In this document: positions 18,459 to 28,272 of the stretch, piece by piece
How the letters are laid out: each line of letters starts with the position of its first letter
Numbering within the stretch: position 1 is the stretch's first letter
Assembly (NCBI GenBank): GCA_963790305.1
Contig: CAWBOC010000005.1
Span: 128,001 to 192,000 of the forward strand
Direction of reading: 5' to 3'
Origin: an uncultured Gemmatimonadaceae bacterium
GTDB taxonomy: Bacteria; Gemmatimonadota; Gemmatimonadetes; Gemmatimonadales; Gemmatimonadaceae
Length of the DNA stretch: 64,000 nucleotides
The notes under the pieces: model-generated
Database searches by the model: none
Told to the model about the DNA's origin: nothing
Seen by the model: the letters and a program-made list of their open reading frames with translations, nothing else
Made by a program: the position numbers and the translations under genes

Positions 18459-20138
18459 ATGCAGACTCCGCAGTACGATGCGATCGTCGTGGGTTCGGGG
18501 ATCTCCGGCGGCTGGGCCGCAAAGGAGCTCACCGAGAAGGGGTTGCGTGTCCTGCTGCTCGAGCGCGGCCGCAACGTCGAGCACGTCAAGGACTACGTCA
18601 ACGCGACGAAAGGGCCGTGGGAGTACCCGCACCGCGGTGGGCGCACGAGGGCAATGGAAGAGGCGTACCCCGTGCTCAAGCGGGATTACCCGCTCAACGA
18701 GAAGAATCTCGAGTTTTGGGCATCCGACAAGGACTCGCCGTACACCGAGGTAAAGCGGTTCGACTGGTTCCGCGGATACCAGGTCGGCGGCAAGTCGCTC
18801 ATGTGGGGGCGGCAGAGCTACCGGTTGAGCGACTTCGACTTCGAGGCCAACGCGAAAGACGGCATCGCGATCGATTGGCCCATCCGCTATGCGGATATCG
18901 CCCCCTGGTACGACTACGTCGAGCGGCACGCCGGCATCGCGGGGTCGCAGGAACGGCTGCCACAGCTTCCCGACGGACAATTCCAGCCGGCCATGCCGCT
19001 CAACTGCGGCGAGGAGATGATCGCCGGCCGTCTGACCCGGCTGTACGACGGACGCCGGCGTCTCATCCCCGGCCGGACGGCGAATGCGACGCAGGCGTTG
19101 CCCGGGCGGCAGGCCTGTCAGTACCGCGACGCATGCTGGCTGGGATGCCCGTACGGCGGATACTTCAGCACGCAGTCCTCCACGCTTCCGCCCGCGATGA
19201 AGACGGGCCGCCTAACGCTGAAGCCATTCTCGATCGTCAGCGAGGTGCTGTACGATCGTGACCGCAAGCGGGCGACGGGCGTGCGTGTCCTCGACGCCGT
19301 GAGCAACGAGACCGTCGACTACACCGCGCGCGTCGTCTTCCTCTGCGCGTCGGCCCTCAACTCGACGTGGCTCCTGCTCCGCTCGGCCACGAGCGTGTGG
19401 CCCGGCGGGCTGGGGAGCAGCTCCGGCGAGCTCGGTCACAATCTGATGGACCACCACTTCCGCGCCGGTGCGGAGGGTGAGCTGGAGGGGCTGAACGACA
19501 AGTACGTGTACGGACGTCGTCCAACCGGGTTTTACATCCCCCGCTATCGCAACCTGTTTGGGGAGAAGCGTCCGTATCTGCGCGGATTCGGCTACCAGGG
19601 AGGGGCCGATCGCGCGGGCTGGTGGCGAGCGGTGTCGGAGCTGGGAGTGGGCGGAGCCTTCAAGGACCGGATGGCCGAGCCCGGCGGCTGGGGCATCGGG
19701 GCCACGGCGTTCGGCGAGATGCTGCCTAACCATGCGAACAAGGTGGGTATCGATCAGACGAAGACCGACAAGTGGGGGATGCCGGTGCTCAAGATCGATT
19801 GCGCCACCGGTGAGAACGAGCGGCTCATGCGCCGCGACATGATCGCCGACATGGCGGACATGCTGGAGCAGACCGGGGTGAACAACGTGAGGACGTTCGA
19901 CAACGAGTATTTCCCGGGGATGGGAATTCACGAGATGGGGACGGCGCGCATGGGCCGGGATCCCAAGACGTCGGTGCTCAACAAGTGGAACCAGGTGTGG
20001 GACGCGCCGAACGTCTTCGTCACCGATGGCTCCGGCATGGTGTCCGCCGCCTGTCAGAATCCGTCGCTCACGTACATGGCGCTCACCGCTCGGGCCGCCG
20101 ATTATGCGGTCGGCGAGCTCAATCGCCGCAACCTTTGA
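18459..20138 (+). CDS. GMC-family oxidoreductase (glucoside 3-dehydrogenase-like flavoprotein)
   Basis: GSGISG FAD motif, GGKSLMWG, CQYRDACWLGC cluster, HEMGTARMG and NPSLTYMAL. Confidence 0.93.
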   Translation: MQTPQYDAIVVGSGISGGWAAKELTEKGLRVLLLERGRNVEHVKDYVNATKGPWEYPHRGGRTRAMEEAYPVLKRDYPLNEKNLEFWASDKDSPYTEVKRFDWFRGYQVGGKSLMWGRQSYRLSDFDFEANAKDGIAIDWPIRYADIAPWYDYVERHAGIAGSQERLPQLPDGQFQPAMPLNCGEEMIAGRLTRLYDGRRRLIPGRTANATQALPGRQACQYRDACWLGCPYGGYFSTQSSTLPPAMKTGRLTLKPFSIVSEVLYDRDRKRATGVRVLDAVSNETVDYTARVVFLCASALNSTWLLLRSATSVWPGGLGSSSGELGHNLMDHHFRAGAEGELEGLNDKYVYGRRPTGFYIPRYRNLFGEKRPYLRGFGYQGGADRAGWWRAVSELGVGGAFKDRMAEPGGWGIGATAFGEMLPNHANKVGIDQTKTDKWGMPVLKIDCATGENERLMRRDMIADMADMLEQTGVNNVRTFDNEYFPGMGIHEMGTARMGRDPKTSVLNKWNQVWDAPNVFVTDGSGMVSAACQNPSLTYMALTARAADYAVGELNRRNL

Positions 20139-20151
20139 GGGAACCACGTCG

Positions 20152-20859
20152 ATGACTGCACACGAAGACACGCCCACTGTGATCCATCGCCGCGAGGCCA
20201 TCCGCCGCGTCGGGCTGATACTCGGCGGTGTGAGCTTCGTTGGTGGGACCGCCCTGCTCACCGCGTGCGAGCGGGGGCGTCCGACGACGAACAACCAGCG
20301 CATCGGAGAGTTCACCCCCGAGGACATCGCGTTCCTCGACGAGGTGGCGGAGACGATGCTTCCGGAGACGAAAACCCCCGGAGCGAAGGCGGCACGGACA
20401 GGCGCCTTCATGGCGCTCATGGTCACGGACACGTATGAGCCCAAAGACCAGCAGGTCTTTCGCGAGGGCATGCGGAAGCTCGACGAGGCCAGTCAAAAGG
20501 CGAACAACGTCGGGTTCATGGCCGCGACGCCGCAGCAGCGCCTCGCCCTGCTCGAGCAGCTCGACCGTGAGCAGAAGACGTATACCGAGGCCCGTGACGC
20601 GGCGCGCCGTGAGTCGGCTCCGAGCGCGGAAGAGCATCTGCCCGACCAGCGGAAGGAAGCAGCTCCGGGGACTCCGACGACAATCACCGCCGACGCGCCC
20701 GCGCACTACTTCCGGATGATGAAGGAGCTCGCGCTCCTGGGGTATTTCACGTCGGAGATCGGTTACACGCAGGCGCAGCGGTACGTCGAGTCACCAGGCC
20801 GGTTCGACCCGTGCGTTCCGTATACGCCTGGCGAGAAGGCCTGGGCGCCACACGCTTGA
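20152..20859 (+). CDS. Gluconate 2-dehydrogenase subunit 3-family (Tat-signal) partner protein
   Basis: RREAIRR twin-arginine leader; MLPETKTPGA and KELALLGYFTSEIG; follows the GMC gene. Confidence 0.88.
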   Translation: MTAHEDTPTVIHRREAIRRVGLILGGVSFVGGTALLTACERGRPTTNNQRIGEFTPEDIAFLDEVAETMLPETKTPGAKAARTGAFMALMVTDTYEPKDQQVFREGMRKLDEASQKANNVGFMAATPQQRLALLEQLDREQKTYTEARDAARRESAPSAEEHLPDQRKEAAPGTPTTITADAPAHYFRMMKELALLGYFTSEIGYTQAQRYVESPGRFDPCVPYTPGEKAWAPHA

Positions 20860-20863
20860 AACC

Positions 20864-20955
20864 AGGTAGGCGAGGTCGTCGAAGTGATCGAGGTGATCGA
20901 GGGAACGGGTTTTCGCCTTGACACCCTCGACAACCTCGACATCCTCGACGACCTC
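20864..20955. repeat. Palindromic element, family C, copy 3
   Basis: AGGTAGGCGAGGTCGTCGAAGTGATCGAGG ... CCTCGACAACCTCGACATCCTCGACGACCTC. Confidence 0.85.
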
Positions 20956-20960
20956 TAGTC

Positions 20961-22070
20961 ATGACCTGGCGCCGCTGGCTCATCACGATCGTCTCCTTCG
21001 CCGCCAGCATCGGCGTCTCCATCTGGATCATCTTCCGTAGCTGGCCGGTCGAGGAGCGCTCGGTCGGCCTGCCGCTTTTCGCCCACGCTCTGTGCGCCGC
21101 CGCGGTGGCCATCGATCTCGCGCTGCGTGCGATGAAAATCCGGCTCAGCGGCGCATCGCTCGGTATCCCTGTTTCGTTCGGCGTCGCCATGCGCACCGGC
21201 CTCGCCGGAGACTTCGCGGCGGCGATCACGCCAGCCCGCACCGGAGCGGAGCCCGCGCGCTATCTCGTCCTCGCCAAGGCGCGCATCTCGCCGGCCGCGA
21301 CATTCCTGCTGCTCTTCGCCGAGCTCTTTCTCGAGATGCTCGCGCTCGTGATCGTGGCCATGGGGATTGCGCTCTTCTTCACCGAGGAGCCGGACTCGAG
21401 CCTTGGCTGGATCGTGGGACTCGTCGGTGGATACGCGACGTTCGTCATTGGCGTGGGGCTCGCCGCCGTGTTGCTGGCGTGGAGGCGCTCGAGCGGGCCG
21501 CCCCCGCGATGGGCCAGGCGCATTGGGTTCAACGCCTTGCGCTGGCGCGCGATTCAGCGCTCGCTCCGGCGGCTGCGGTCGAGCGCGACACTCGTTCGGG
21601 ACGCGCGACTCGACTACTTCATGCTCGGACTGCTGGTGTCGGTGCTGCACGTGCTGGCGCGGCTGGCGGTGCTGCCGATCATCGTCTACTCGTTAGGGGG
21701 CGAGGCGCCGCTCTCGAAGCTCGTGCTGTGGCCCCTGGCGCTGTTCTACGGCGCGGTGATCGCACCGGTGCCCGGCGGGGGCGGCATCGTAGAGGTAGGG
21801 TTCAAGGCGACTCTGGGTGGGGTCATTCCCGTTGCGCTCTTCGGGGCATCGCTCGTGTGGTGGCGCTTTTACACGTTCTACCTGTACATTCTGCTCGGCG
21901 CGCTGGCAGCCGGCGGAACAGTGCTGCGGGCTCTTCGTTCCGCGGAGGAGAACGGAAACGCGGAGGAGAACGGAAACATGGAGGAGATCGCGGCCGGGCC
22001 GGAGGTGACGCCGCCCGAGCCCCACAAGGCACACGCCGTCGAGCACCAGGTGGCCGACCAGCTTCCGTGA
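20961..22070 (+). CDS. Lysylphosphatidylglycerol synthase TM-region (flippase-like) membrane protein
   Basis: ITPARTGAEP, PVPGGGGIVE and WWRFYTFYL motifs; multiple TM segments. Confidence 0.85.
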   Translation: MTWRRWLITIVSFAASIGVSIWIIFRSWPVEERSVGLPLFAHALCAAAVAIDLALRAMKIRLSGASLGIPVSFGVAMRTGLAGDFAAAITPARTGAEPARYLVLAKARISPAATFLLLFAELFLEMLALVIVAMGIALFFTEEPDSSLGWIVGLVGGYATFVIGVGLAAVLLAWRRSSGPPPRWARRIGFNALRWRAIQRSLRRLRSSATLVRDARLDYFMLGLLVSVLHVLARLAVLPIIVYSLGGEAPLSKLVLWPLALFYGAVIAPVPGGGGIVEVGFKATLGGVIPVALFGASLVWWRFYTFYLYILLGALAAGGTVLRALRSAEENGNAEENGNMEEIAAGPEVTPPEPHKAHAVEHQVADQLP

Positions 22071-22739
22071 GATCACTTACTCGCTGCGCGCTTCTCCTCG
22101 TGCTGTCTGCCTGCGGTCGCGACGCCGGCCAGGCAGGGTCCGATACCGCCCGCGGACCGACCATCACCATCCGCCGCACCCGCGATGTCGATCTCACCGG
22201 GGATCGCCGACCCGAGCACTTCGTTGTCCTCGCCACCGGCCCGCGGTACGACTCGCTCAATGTGACGCTCGAGATCCGGTCCCCGGACGATTCGCTCCTC
22301 TTCACCGACGCCTGGGACTCAAGCCTGTACTTCGAGAACGACGACCGGTCGCAGCTCACCGACTCCGTGGTCGAACAGCGAGTGCGCACGCAGATCGACT
22401 CGCTTCTCGCCAGCACGGCTTTTCGGCCGGGCGGGAGCGCGCTCACGACCGACGAGCGCCTGAACCGGGAAGGGATGCACGACGCCATCCGCGATGATGT
22501 GGCCGAGAATGTGGCGGCGGGCGAACCAGATCCCGATCGATTCCTCGACGCCCGCGACCGCCGCAGCGGCCATCGACACAATCGCGCATGACCGCGTGAG
22601 CGACGCGCGCGTTGAGTCGCTGGTGGCAGAGCTGCGTGACCGGCCGACCTTTCGCTACTTCGCGGGCGGGGAGGCGAATTACGCGATCGCCTGGTCGGAG
22701 GAGGAGAGAAGGTTCGTTACGATCTGGGCATGCTGCTGA
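22067..22739 (+). CDS. Hypothetical lipoprotein ending in WACC; split by a probable extra base near 22508
   Basis: GTG overlapping upstream TGA; lipobox LSAC; DLTGDRRPE motif; +1 frame gives a protein-like continuation. Confidence 0.65.
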
Positions 22740-22765
22740 TTTGGGAACGGCAAAGACGTCGCCCC

Positions 22766-22795
22766 TTGACCGCGATCAACCGCCGTGCTCATACT
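22766..22795 (+). promoter_or_regulatory. Sigma70-type promoter, probably producing a leaderless tetR mRNA
   Basis: TTGACC-N18-CATACT, with GTG start 7 nt after the -10 box and no SD sequence. Confidence 0.55.
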
Positions 22796-22802
22796 GGCTC
22801 CT

Positions 22803-23381
22803 GTGAGCTTAACACCTGTTCAATCAATCCGCCCCCAGCTCCTCGCTTCCGCCCTCGAGGTCCTTCACGAGCAGGGGCTCCAGGCAGTGACCATGCGCGC
22901 CGTCGCCGACCGCGCCGGAGTAACAGCGCCCGCGCTCTACTGGCACTTCGCCGACAAGGAGGCGCTCATCCGCGAGGTCGGACGGGAGGTGTCACGGACC
23001 TTCCGGGATCGAATGCTCGAGGCCAACGCCGCCAACTCCGAGGAGCGACTCCGGCGAAGCCTCGCGGTGTTCCGGAGCTTCGCGGTCACCTATCCCTCGT
23101 ATTTTCATATGCTTTTCGTGCGGCCGCCGACCTCGAAACGGGGCGAGATTCGGGACGGGGGTGCCAGTCCCGCCATCTTCCAGCTCCTCACCGACCGCGT
23201 CGCCGACTGTATGCGCGACGGGAGCCTGGCCAAGGGAGATCCACCGAGCGTAGCCATGTCGCTTGTCGCGCTCGCTCAGGGTTTGGTGGTTCTCCACCGT
23301 GGGGGACGCTTCGCCTCGGACGCCGCCTTCGCTCAGTTCTTCGATCTGTCCATCGAGCGCATGATCGTCGGGCTGCGCTAA
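22803..23381 (+). CDS. TetR-family transcriptional regulator
   Basis: HTH VTMRAVADRAGVTAPALYWHFADKEAL; start placed at GTG 22803. Confidence 0.92.
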   Translation: MSLTPVQSIRPQLLASALEVLHEQGLQAVTMRAVADRAGVTAPALYWHFADKEALIREVGREVSRTFRDRMLEANAANSEERLRRSLAVFRSFAVTYPSYFHMLFVRPPTSKRGEIRDGGASPAIFQLLTDRVADCMRDGSLAKGDPPSVAMSLVALAQGLVVLHRGGRFASDAAFAQFFDLSIERMIVGLR

Positions 23382-23394
23382 GGTGCCTGCATCT

Positions 23395-23412
23395 CCTTAA
23401 CGCATGTTAAGG
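23395..23412. promoter_or_regulatory. CCTTAAC-N4-GTTAAGG palindrome (TetR-operator-like, or terminator stem)
   Basis: Perfect 7-bp arms; resembles CTTAAC-N4-GTTCAA at 22808..22823. Confidence 0.5.
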
Positions 23413-24489
23413 CACTAATCCCAGCAGCTTCCGAATTCTCTCGAGTCGCTCCGCCGGCGCCGGGCCGGTGAGAGTGAATTCCTTGCCGCTCGCATCGGTC
23501 CATTGAATCGTCGTGCTCACGGCCGCACTGTCCTGCCGAGGCGCGTTCGCCACGCGCCGTTGCTCCAGCTCGAGCACCTCGGGCGCGGGCGCCCGCTCAT
23601 CGAGGGTCACCAGGATTCCGTCCACGCGGTAAATACGGCGCCGCACTTCACGGCCGCCCTCCGTCATCTTCTCTTCCTGGACGAGACGGGGACCGTCCGC
23701 CAGCGCCGCGACACCGGTAGCGCCTCCAACCGTCGGCGCGGCGGGACGAGGCTCCGCGTAGCGCGCCGAGGCCTCGACAGCCCGCCGTCGCGCCAGACCG
23801 CCGGCGACCTTCTCGGCCGCCGAACCGCCGGCCTGCGCCGACGACACGCGCGCTTCCTCGCGTTGCGTCGCGACTGTTTCTGAACGGACGGAGTCATCGG
23901 TGCCGCTGGCTGGAGCGCTCGCCGCCTCCGCGACCACGGTCGGGCCCTGCTGAAGCAGGGCGACGGCCGTTGCGGAGTCCCTCTCCCGATTACCGGCAGC
24001 GTCTCGGGAGGGAGGCGGGGATGCTGGGGCAACCCTCACGGCCCCTCGGGTCCTGGTCTGTGCCTCATCGCGCGACTCTTCTGCGGCCACGGGCGGCGGA
24101 GTCGGCGAGTCCGCGGCCGCCAGCTCGAACGTGCGAGCCGGCTCCGATGCCAGGTCAACGACGGAAGCCTGCGGCGTGTTGCGGGCCATGACGAGCGCGA
24201 GTGCCCCGCCGGCGACGACCAGGGTCACCACCGCGGCGATCTTCTCCCGAACGAGCCACGTGGTCAGCGACCGGCGGCCCCACTGCGCACCCGGACTCGC
24301 GCGAACGCTCGGGACATCATCGAGCGCAGTGAGAATGCGCGAGGACGCGGCGATCAAGCCGCGCGCCTCCGCGGTCGCATCCGCGCACATGGTGCACGAC
24401 CCGACGTGCGCCTCGACGCGTGCGGCCTCGTCGGGGCTCAGCCCTCCGTCGAGCCAGGCGTGAATGGTCCCTTCGTCAAGATGCTGCAT
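23407..24489 (-). CDS. Zinc-finger (zf-HC2) anti-sigma factor
   Basis: HLDEGTIHAWLDG...HVGSCTMC, then one TM segment; overlaps the 3' end of the ECF sigma gene. Confidence 0.9.
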   Translation of the reverse strand: MQHLDEGTIHAWLDGGLSPDEAARVEAHVGSCTMCADATAEARGLIAASSRILTALDDVPSVRASPGAQWGRRSLTTWLVREKIAAVVTLVVAGGALALVMARNTPQASVVDLASEPARTFELAAADSPTPPPVAAEESRDEAQTRTRGAVRVAPASPPPSRDAAGNRERDSATAVALLQQGPTVVAEAASAPASGTDDSVRSETVATQREEARVSSAQAGGSAAEKVAGGLARRRAVEASARYAEPRPAAPTVGGATGVAALADGPRLVQEEKMTEGGREVRRRIYRVDGILVTLDERAPAPEVLELEQRRVANAPRQDSAAVSTTIQWTDASGKEFTLTGPAPAERLERIRKLLGLVP

Positions 24490-24997
24490 GCGTCCCTCGC
24501 GCTCTCGCGCGCTGTTGTTCTTCATAGACTTCAACGAGGCGGCGCCGGGCCCTCGAGAGTGTCGTACCGACCGATCCTGGCGACAACTCCAGTGCCACGG
24601 CGATCTCCTCGTAGCTCAATCCTTCCTCGCGCATGAGGAGCGCGAGCCGGTCTCGTTCGGCGAGCGCGTCGACGGCACGACGTGCCATGGCCGCCTCCTG
24701 CGCCCGCTCGAGTGACGTGGGCTCCTGCTCCGCCGGTCCTTCCGCGCGCTCTCGCTCGGCGAGCAGTGCGAGATGGCGCCGGCGTCGAGCATCCTTTCGC
24801 GCTTCGTCGCGCACGAGGTTGGTGGCGACGGCGAAGAGCCACGCACGCTCGTTGTCGATGCGATCCTGGCGGAGGGCGCGCAGGAAGGTTTCCTGCGCGA
24901 CCTCCTCCGCCCAGTCGCGGTCGCCAAGCCGGCGCGTGAGATAGCGCACGAGCGGAGCGTTGTAGGTGCGAAACAGCCGCTCGACGTCGTCGGTCAT
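24476..24997 (-). CDS. ECF sigma-70 factor
   Basis: AEEVAQETFLR, AWLFAVATNL and GLSYEEIA...SVGTTLSRARRRL. Confidence 0.93.
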   Translation of the reverse strand: MTDDVERLFRTYNAPLVRYLTRRLGDRDWAEEVAQETFLRALRQDRIDNERAWLFAVATNLVRDEARKDARRRRHLALLAERERAEGPAEQEPTSLERAQEAAMARRAVDALAERDRLALLMREEGLSYEEIAVALELSPGSVGTTLSRARRRLVEVYEEQQRARARGTHAAS

Positions 24998-25009
24998 TCG
25001 CTCACCGGC

Positions 25010-27215
25010 TCACCACGCCGCCACGATCGACTTGATCTCGGCGGCATTCATTCGGACGGCGCCGTCCGGCGACACCGCGATCGCGACGTTCGTGCCCCGC
25101 ACGAGCACCCGGTCGCCTAACGCAAAGGCAGTCGCGAGGTCGGGCAGCTCCCGAACCAGGGCGAAGTATGCTTCGGAATACGCCTGCACCTTGACCACGC
25201 GTGTGCCCTCCGAGAACCGGGCGTCCGTCCACACGCTGTCGCGCATGACGAACGTCCGCGTACCAACCCGCCTCGAGATGATACCCCTTTCCTCGAGCGC
25301 CGGTGCCGAGGCAGCGTCGGCTTGCGACAACGTCTGCGCACCTCGCATGGCCGAGGCAGCCTTCGCCTCTTCGAACCGGCGCACCCGTGCTTCGGGCGCA
25401 GCCGAAGTCGCCACCCCACGTGTCATGTCACGACCGCTCTGGTTGGCTACCATCCCGGGCTCGAGCACGAGGTACGAGGTGAGCTCCGTGGGGATGCCGT
25501 ATCGCTCTCCGAGCGAGCGGATCTCATCGTCGATCTCCGGCGACGCGCCATTGCGCCGGCGCTCCGCACTCAAATACCCGACGCGCTGCGTCGCCCACAG
25601 ACGCGCCACGAAGACATTCTCGCGGTCGCGGTCGGGCAGCTCGGCTTCGGTCGTCCACGACACCCGGCCGTTGGTCGATTCACCCTCGAAGCGCACGAGG
25701 ATCGTTCCACTTCCTTCGTACCGTGCGAGGACGACGAGGTCCTGGCCGGCGAACAGATCGTACGGCCCAGCGGGATGCATCTTCGACAATCGCGCTCCTT
25801 CCACACGCACACGCAGATCCGTCGCAACGGGATTCGTGAGCCGCGACGCGACGATGCTCACCGCCCGCTCCACGGATTCATCGGGTCGAACGAAGTGTGC
25901 GGTCCCCCGCCCCTCCAGGGCCAGCCGCTCGAGCAAGGCGACGTTGAGATCGGCGCCAACGCCGAAGGTGAAGATGCGTCGCCGTCCGCGCTCGGTCGCG
26001 GCCTGTGCGGCAATCCGCTCAGGATTGCGCTCGCCGACCGTTGGCTCACCGTCGGTCACGAACAACACGAGTGGCAGCCGGCCATTGTCGGCGGGAACGG
26101 ACAGCGCTTCTTCCAGCGCGCCGGAGATGTTCGTGGATCCTTCCGCGCGTAGCCGATCGAGGTAGCGCTCCGCCGCGGCGATATTCTCGCGCGTCGCGAA
26201 CACGGGCTCGTCGCGGAAGTTGCGCACGTCGCTCGCGAAGTCGATCAGTCTGAAGCGGTCACGGGAGGACAGCGTCGCCAGGAGCTGCTTCCCAGCCTCA
26301 CGCGCCTGCTGGATTTTCTTTCCACTCATTGAGCCGGACACATCAAGGACCAACGTGATGTCGCGCGGAGTCTCACGCGGAGCAATCGCCGGGGGCGACA
26401 GGGTGAGCAGGGCGAAGCCTTCCTCACGCCCCGGAGCGTGTGACAGCACGCCGATCGCCGCGCGCGTTCCCCGGCGAAGTGGAAGGAGCAACGTCATCTC
26501 CGCGCGCACCGCCCGAGAGCTCGACGCGGGCCATCTCGCGGTCATCGCTGACGCGCAGATCGTGCGTCGGCGAATACGGGCGGCCGTAGCTCGAACGAGG
26601 ATAGCTCAGACGAAACTGGAGCCTGCCCTCCGGAGCCTCGCGATCGCGAGCGACGTCCGCGACGGGACCTGAATGTCCCCCCCGGAAGTAGTCCACCCGC
26701 ACCGCATCGCCCTCACGCTCGGCCACCGCATGAAAGCGCACGACGACGCGGCGCGTTTCGCCAGCACCGATCGGAAAGATTCTCGTCCGCAGGAGCCCAT
26801 GGCCCATCCACTCCACGAGTGCCGGGTCTCGGCTCTGCCTGACGATGTCCTCGTAGATGCGTCGTGCCTCGTCGGCGCTCATCGTCTCCCCGGCGACGAG
26901 CTCGCCGTTGATCTCGAGCTTCAGTCCCTCGAACGCGGCGTTTTTCGGAAGCGGAAAGAGATAGTCCGCCTCGCCGATTCCGCCGCCCCGGTTGATGAAG
27001 GTCTCTTCCACCTCATAGTGCAGCACGCCGTCGCGCAGCTCGACCTCGACGTTGCTGGCCCGTCGGTGGACGTCGGAGACTGGAACCCGCCGGCATTCGC
27101 GCCCCGGACACCCCGGACAGGGGATCGGGGCACAGGGCCGTGGAATGATCCGCCCCTGCGCCAGTGCCGGCGCTGGGGAGAGCAGGAGAGCAAGAACGAG
27201 AATGGCGAGACGCAT
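25010..27215 (-). CDS. Secreted VIT + vWA domain protein; split by a probable extra base near 26500
   Basis: Signal peptide; VIT (EADYLFPLP, RDPALVE) in ORF 26424..27215; vWA MIDAS DVSGSM, GSTNI and VTDG in ORF 25010..26545. Confidence 0.88.
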
Positions 27216-27286
27216 TTTTGGCTTCCGTTGGGTGACGATATGGAGACGTCGACGGAGGCCGGACTTGCACAGCGCGCAAAAACAAA

Positions 27287-27394
27287 GGCGCTAGAAAGCG
27301 CTAGAAGCGCTAAAGGCGCTGAGTTACAGCCGCTTTTAGCGCCTCTAGCGCCTCTAGCGCCTTGTCTCCAGCGCCTCTAGCGCCTCTAGCGCCT
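27287..27394. repeat. Palindromic element, family B, copy 3
   Basis: GGCGCTAGAAAGCGCTAGAAGCGCTAAAGGCGCTG followed by about six TAGCGCC-type units. Confidence 0.88.
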
Positions 27395-28272
27395 CAAGAA
27401 GCTTCCCCTCGCCGCTGCTCGCCGCCCGATCGGGCCACCACTCGAACCGCCAGGAGGTTCTTGTCGGCACGCCCGAGGACTTTCGTGAGGTTCTCGCGCG
27501 GATAGCGCACTGCCCAGCCGAGCGAGAACTCGACGGGCGCGGACCGGAGCGCGGAGCGCTGCAGCCGGGCGACGACCTGCTGAACGCGCTCGCCGTCGGC
27601 ATTGGCGAGCAATATCACGAACTCGTCGCCGCCGAGTCGGACCACCGCATCCTCGGCGCGAACGTGGCGCATGAGGAAGCGGGCCATTTTCACCAGCGCT
27701 CGATCGCCCGCCTGGTGCCCAAAGCGATCGTTGAATTGCTTGAAGTGATCAATGTCGATGATGATGCATCCCCATGACTCACCGGGATGCGCGCTCGCCC
27801 GCCGCTCGAGCGTCGAGAGATAGCGGCGGTTGTAGCAGCCGGTGAGCGGATCACGGAGGCTCTGCTGCACGAGATCGTCGGCGGCTCGCTTTCGCGCGGT
27901 GATGTCGACGATCACTCCGTAGTAGTACACGTCGCCAGTCTGCGCCTCGCGGACCGCGTATGTGGTGTCGAGCACCGTGCGTGTCGTGCCGTCAGGACGC
28001 CGGAGCTCGAGCTCGAGCTCGAGAGTGTGCCCTTCGCTATCGACGACGTCGAGCACGCGCGGCCGCTGGGTCGGGTCGATGAGGAACTCATCGACCCGAC
28101 GGTCTTTCAGCGCCTGGACCGAGTCGACACCGAGGATTTCGAGCATCGCCGGATTGGCATCGACGAATTCGCCTTCCGGCGTCGTGATGTACATGCCGAC
28201 CCGCACGTGGCGCACGAGCTCGCGCAGTGTCTCTCCCTCACCGAGACTCGGCCGGTGCGACCGCGGCTTCAT
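27394..28272 (-). CDS. PAS-GGDEF diguanylate cyclase
   Basis: PAS domain; DPLTGCYNRR, DIDHFKQFNDRFGH, RAED I-site and intact GGDEF. Confidence 0.93.
   Translation of the reverse strand: MKPRSHRPSLGEGETLRELVRHVRVGMYITTPEGEFVDANPAMLEILGVDSVQALKDRRVDEFLIDPTQRPRVLDVVDSEGHTLELELELRRPDGTTRTVLDTTYAVREAQTGDVYYYGVIVDITARKRAADDLVQQSLRDPLTGCYNRRYLSTLERRASAHPGESWGCIIIDIDHFKQFNDRFGHQAGDRALVKMARFLMRHVRAEDAVVRLGGDEFVILLANADGERVQQVVARLQRSALRSAPVEFSLGWAVRYPRENLTKVLGRADKNLLAVRVVARSGGEQRRGEAS

Noticed and set aside
21942..21986. 18-bp tandem duplication (AEENGN x2)
   Set aside because: Short in-frame repeat in a disordered C-terminal tail; no evidence of function.
21092..22066. Long Arg-rich N-terminal part of ORF 21092..22591
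   Set aside because: Alternate frame of the flippase-like gene; only the part from GTG 22067 looks coding.
26424..26545. Programmed ribosomal frameshifting in VIT-vWA and other split genes
   Set aside because: No slippery heptamer or shared signal, unrelated gene families, and homopolymer context; assembly error is simpler.
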